Shown here one piece after another: positions 63,915-64,000 of a stretch of DNA of 64,000 nucleotides. The notes below the pieces were generated by a model. That model was given only the letters and a program-made list of their open reading frames with translations. It did not search any database and was not told where the DNA came from. The stretch covers positions 13,516,001-13,580,000 of the forward strand of contig JBHGNT010000020.1 of assembly GCA_043228905.1 (NCBI GenBank), written 5' to 3'. Source of the DNA: Azolla caroliniana. Lineage: Eukaryota > Plantae > Polypodiophyta. The translations under genes and the position numbers were made by a program. The first letter of the stretch is position 1, and each line of letters begins with the position of its first letter.

Positions 63915-64000
63915 ATGCCAATGTCTACATGAATTGTTAGTTTCCTTCTTGACTCAATATTGATGTCTATGCGCCTTCTCATTCCTTCTTAAATGTGAAA

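Noticed and set aside
60900-64000. Possible exons of a downstream minus-strand gene
   Set aside because: The region looks intron-like, but I could not assemble a supported reading frame.

Overview
AT-rich nuclear DNA of a land plant, most likely a seed-free plant such as a fern. This is inferred from Tcn1-like chromoviruses, the PLS-PPR style and the CENH3 sequence. There are five host genes, all on +: a single-finger QALGGH C2H2/EAR repressor (13930-14925), a UNC93-like MFS protein (42723-44141), a 5-exon PDIL5-2-like gene (46718-51344), a PLS-class PPR-E gene (53035-55014) and a 5-exon centromeric histone CENH3 gene (57060-60803) that the ORF track does not show. The first 42 kb is mostly transposon-derived: L1-type and RTE/RTEX-like LINE fragments, hAT-type MITEs, a copia remnant and three related Ty3/gypsy chromoviruses, one intact and very young (33365-39195). 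The most interesting signals lie in the chromoviruses. All three LTR families carry an antisense tRNA-type RNA polymerase III A-box/B-box module at the U3 end. Heat-shock-element arrays lie upstream of their TATA boxes (degenerate in the oldest). One LTR has amplified its TATA/R region into a 173-bp tandem array with an incipient dimeric higher-order repeat. The intact element shows a self-priming PBS and a GUUAAAC slippery site followed by an H-type pseudoknot.
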